Origin: Candidatus Saccharimonadota bacterium
GTDB lineage: Bacteria; Patescibacteriota; Patescibacteriia; 2-12-FULL-60-25
Length of the DNA stretch: 32,000 nucleotides
Assembly (NCBI GenBank): GCA_023898425.1
Contig: CP060222.1
Location: 960,001-992,000, forward strand
Direction of reading: 5' to 3'
The translations under genes and the position numbers were made by a program. This document shows positions 31,795 through 32,000 of this stretch, piece by piece (position 1 is the first letter of the stretch; every line of letters starts with the position of its first letter). The notes under the pieces were generated by a model, which was not told the origin of the DNA, searched no databases, and saw only the letters and a program-made list of their open reading frames with translations.

Positions 31795-32000
31795 ATGTCT
31801 TTTTCTTTAAAGAAAGCGGTCGCTCTTTTGGGTGTTCTTGCGATTACTGGTCAAGGTTGTACAAAGGCTTTACCACAAGCAACCGTTAATGCATCAAAAC
31901 CTGTAACCCTCAGAATCTGGGGAGTTGTTGATGACTATAATGTCTATCAGCCGGCGATAGAGTCATGGCGCAAATTGCATCCAAACGTCACGATTGAGTA
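31795..32000 (+). CDS. putative lipoprotein, ABC-transporter solute-binding-protein-like N-terminus (3' end off-window)
   Basis: MSFSLKKAVALLGVLAITGQGC is a signal peptide ending in Cys. The following ...VTLRIWGVVDD... resembles sugar-type solute-binding proteins. ATG lies 8 nt after a TATACT box. The ORF is open to the window end. Confidence 0.6.
   Translation, partial: MSFSLKKAVALLGVLAITGQGCTKALPQATVNASKPVTLRIWGVVDDYNVYQPAIESWRKLHPNVTIE

Noticed and set aside
1-32000. Alternative genetic code (TGA recoded, as in some CPR lineages), considered as an explanation for split genes and for the in-frame TGA at 18340.
   Set aside because: Long conserved genes (leuS, comM, pnp halves, galU) contain no in-frame TGA, and several genes end naturally at TGA. 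The split genes are explained by frame changes at or near homopolymers, not by stop codons.
1-32000. CRISPR arrays, rRNA genes, integrases and classical IS transposases.
   Set aside because: No regularly spaced direct repeats, no rRNA-like sequence and no recombinase or transposase motifs were seen in any frame. The only repeat families are the DUF559-associated hairpins.

Overview
This 32-kb window is a compact, gene-dense bacterial chromosome segment using the standard genetic code (a 990-aa LeuRS ORF has no in-frame TGA). By inference it looks most like a Patescibacteria/CPR-type genome. Intergenic regions are short with clean rho-independent hairpins, there are three DUF559 genes, and TATACT-type -10 boxes sit almost on top of several start codons.

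Recognisable housekeeping content:
- tRNA-Ala(GGC)
- LysM/M23 peptidase
- ComM/YifB
- DksA/TraR zinc-finger protein
- LspA
- PNPase
- ribosomal protein S15
- LeuRS
- GalU
- an O-antigen-ligase-like/TPR membrane protein
- an NYN-domain protein
- a UMPH-1-type HAD nucleotidase

Main points of interest:
1. The normally adjacent rpsO and pnp genes are separated by about 7 kb of unassignable genes. These include a translationally coupled HTH protein and a divergent GHKL/MORC-like ATPase, opposite a methyltransferase-fold gene, with a palindromic operator between them. This is a candidate uncharacterised R-M-like or defence module.
2. All three DUF559 (Vsr-like endonuclease) genes sit inside hairpin-forming inverted repeats. 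One has perfect 31-bp terminal inverted repeats plus an outer 14-bp inverted-repeat pair. This suggests a small selfish cassette.
3. LeuRS carries a complete Nudix hydrolase domain inserted after the editing domain.
4. A GC-rich, apparently horizontally acquired pair of O2-dependent enzymes is present: a Rieske oxygenase and a secreted VAO/GULO-type FAD oxidase.
5. A cluster of DnaA boxes abuts an ORF-free, hairpin-rich stretch of about 0.8 kb.
6. Four genes are broken by single-base deletions, three inside an A or T homopolymer run and one near one. This looks like assembly error rather than biology.

No CRISPR array, rRNA gene or classical transposase is visible. All functional calls come from reading motifs by eye; no searches were run.
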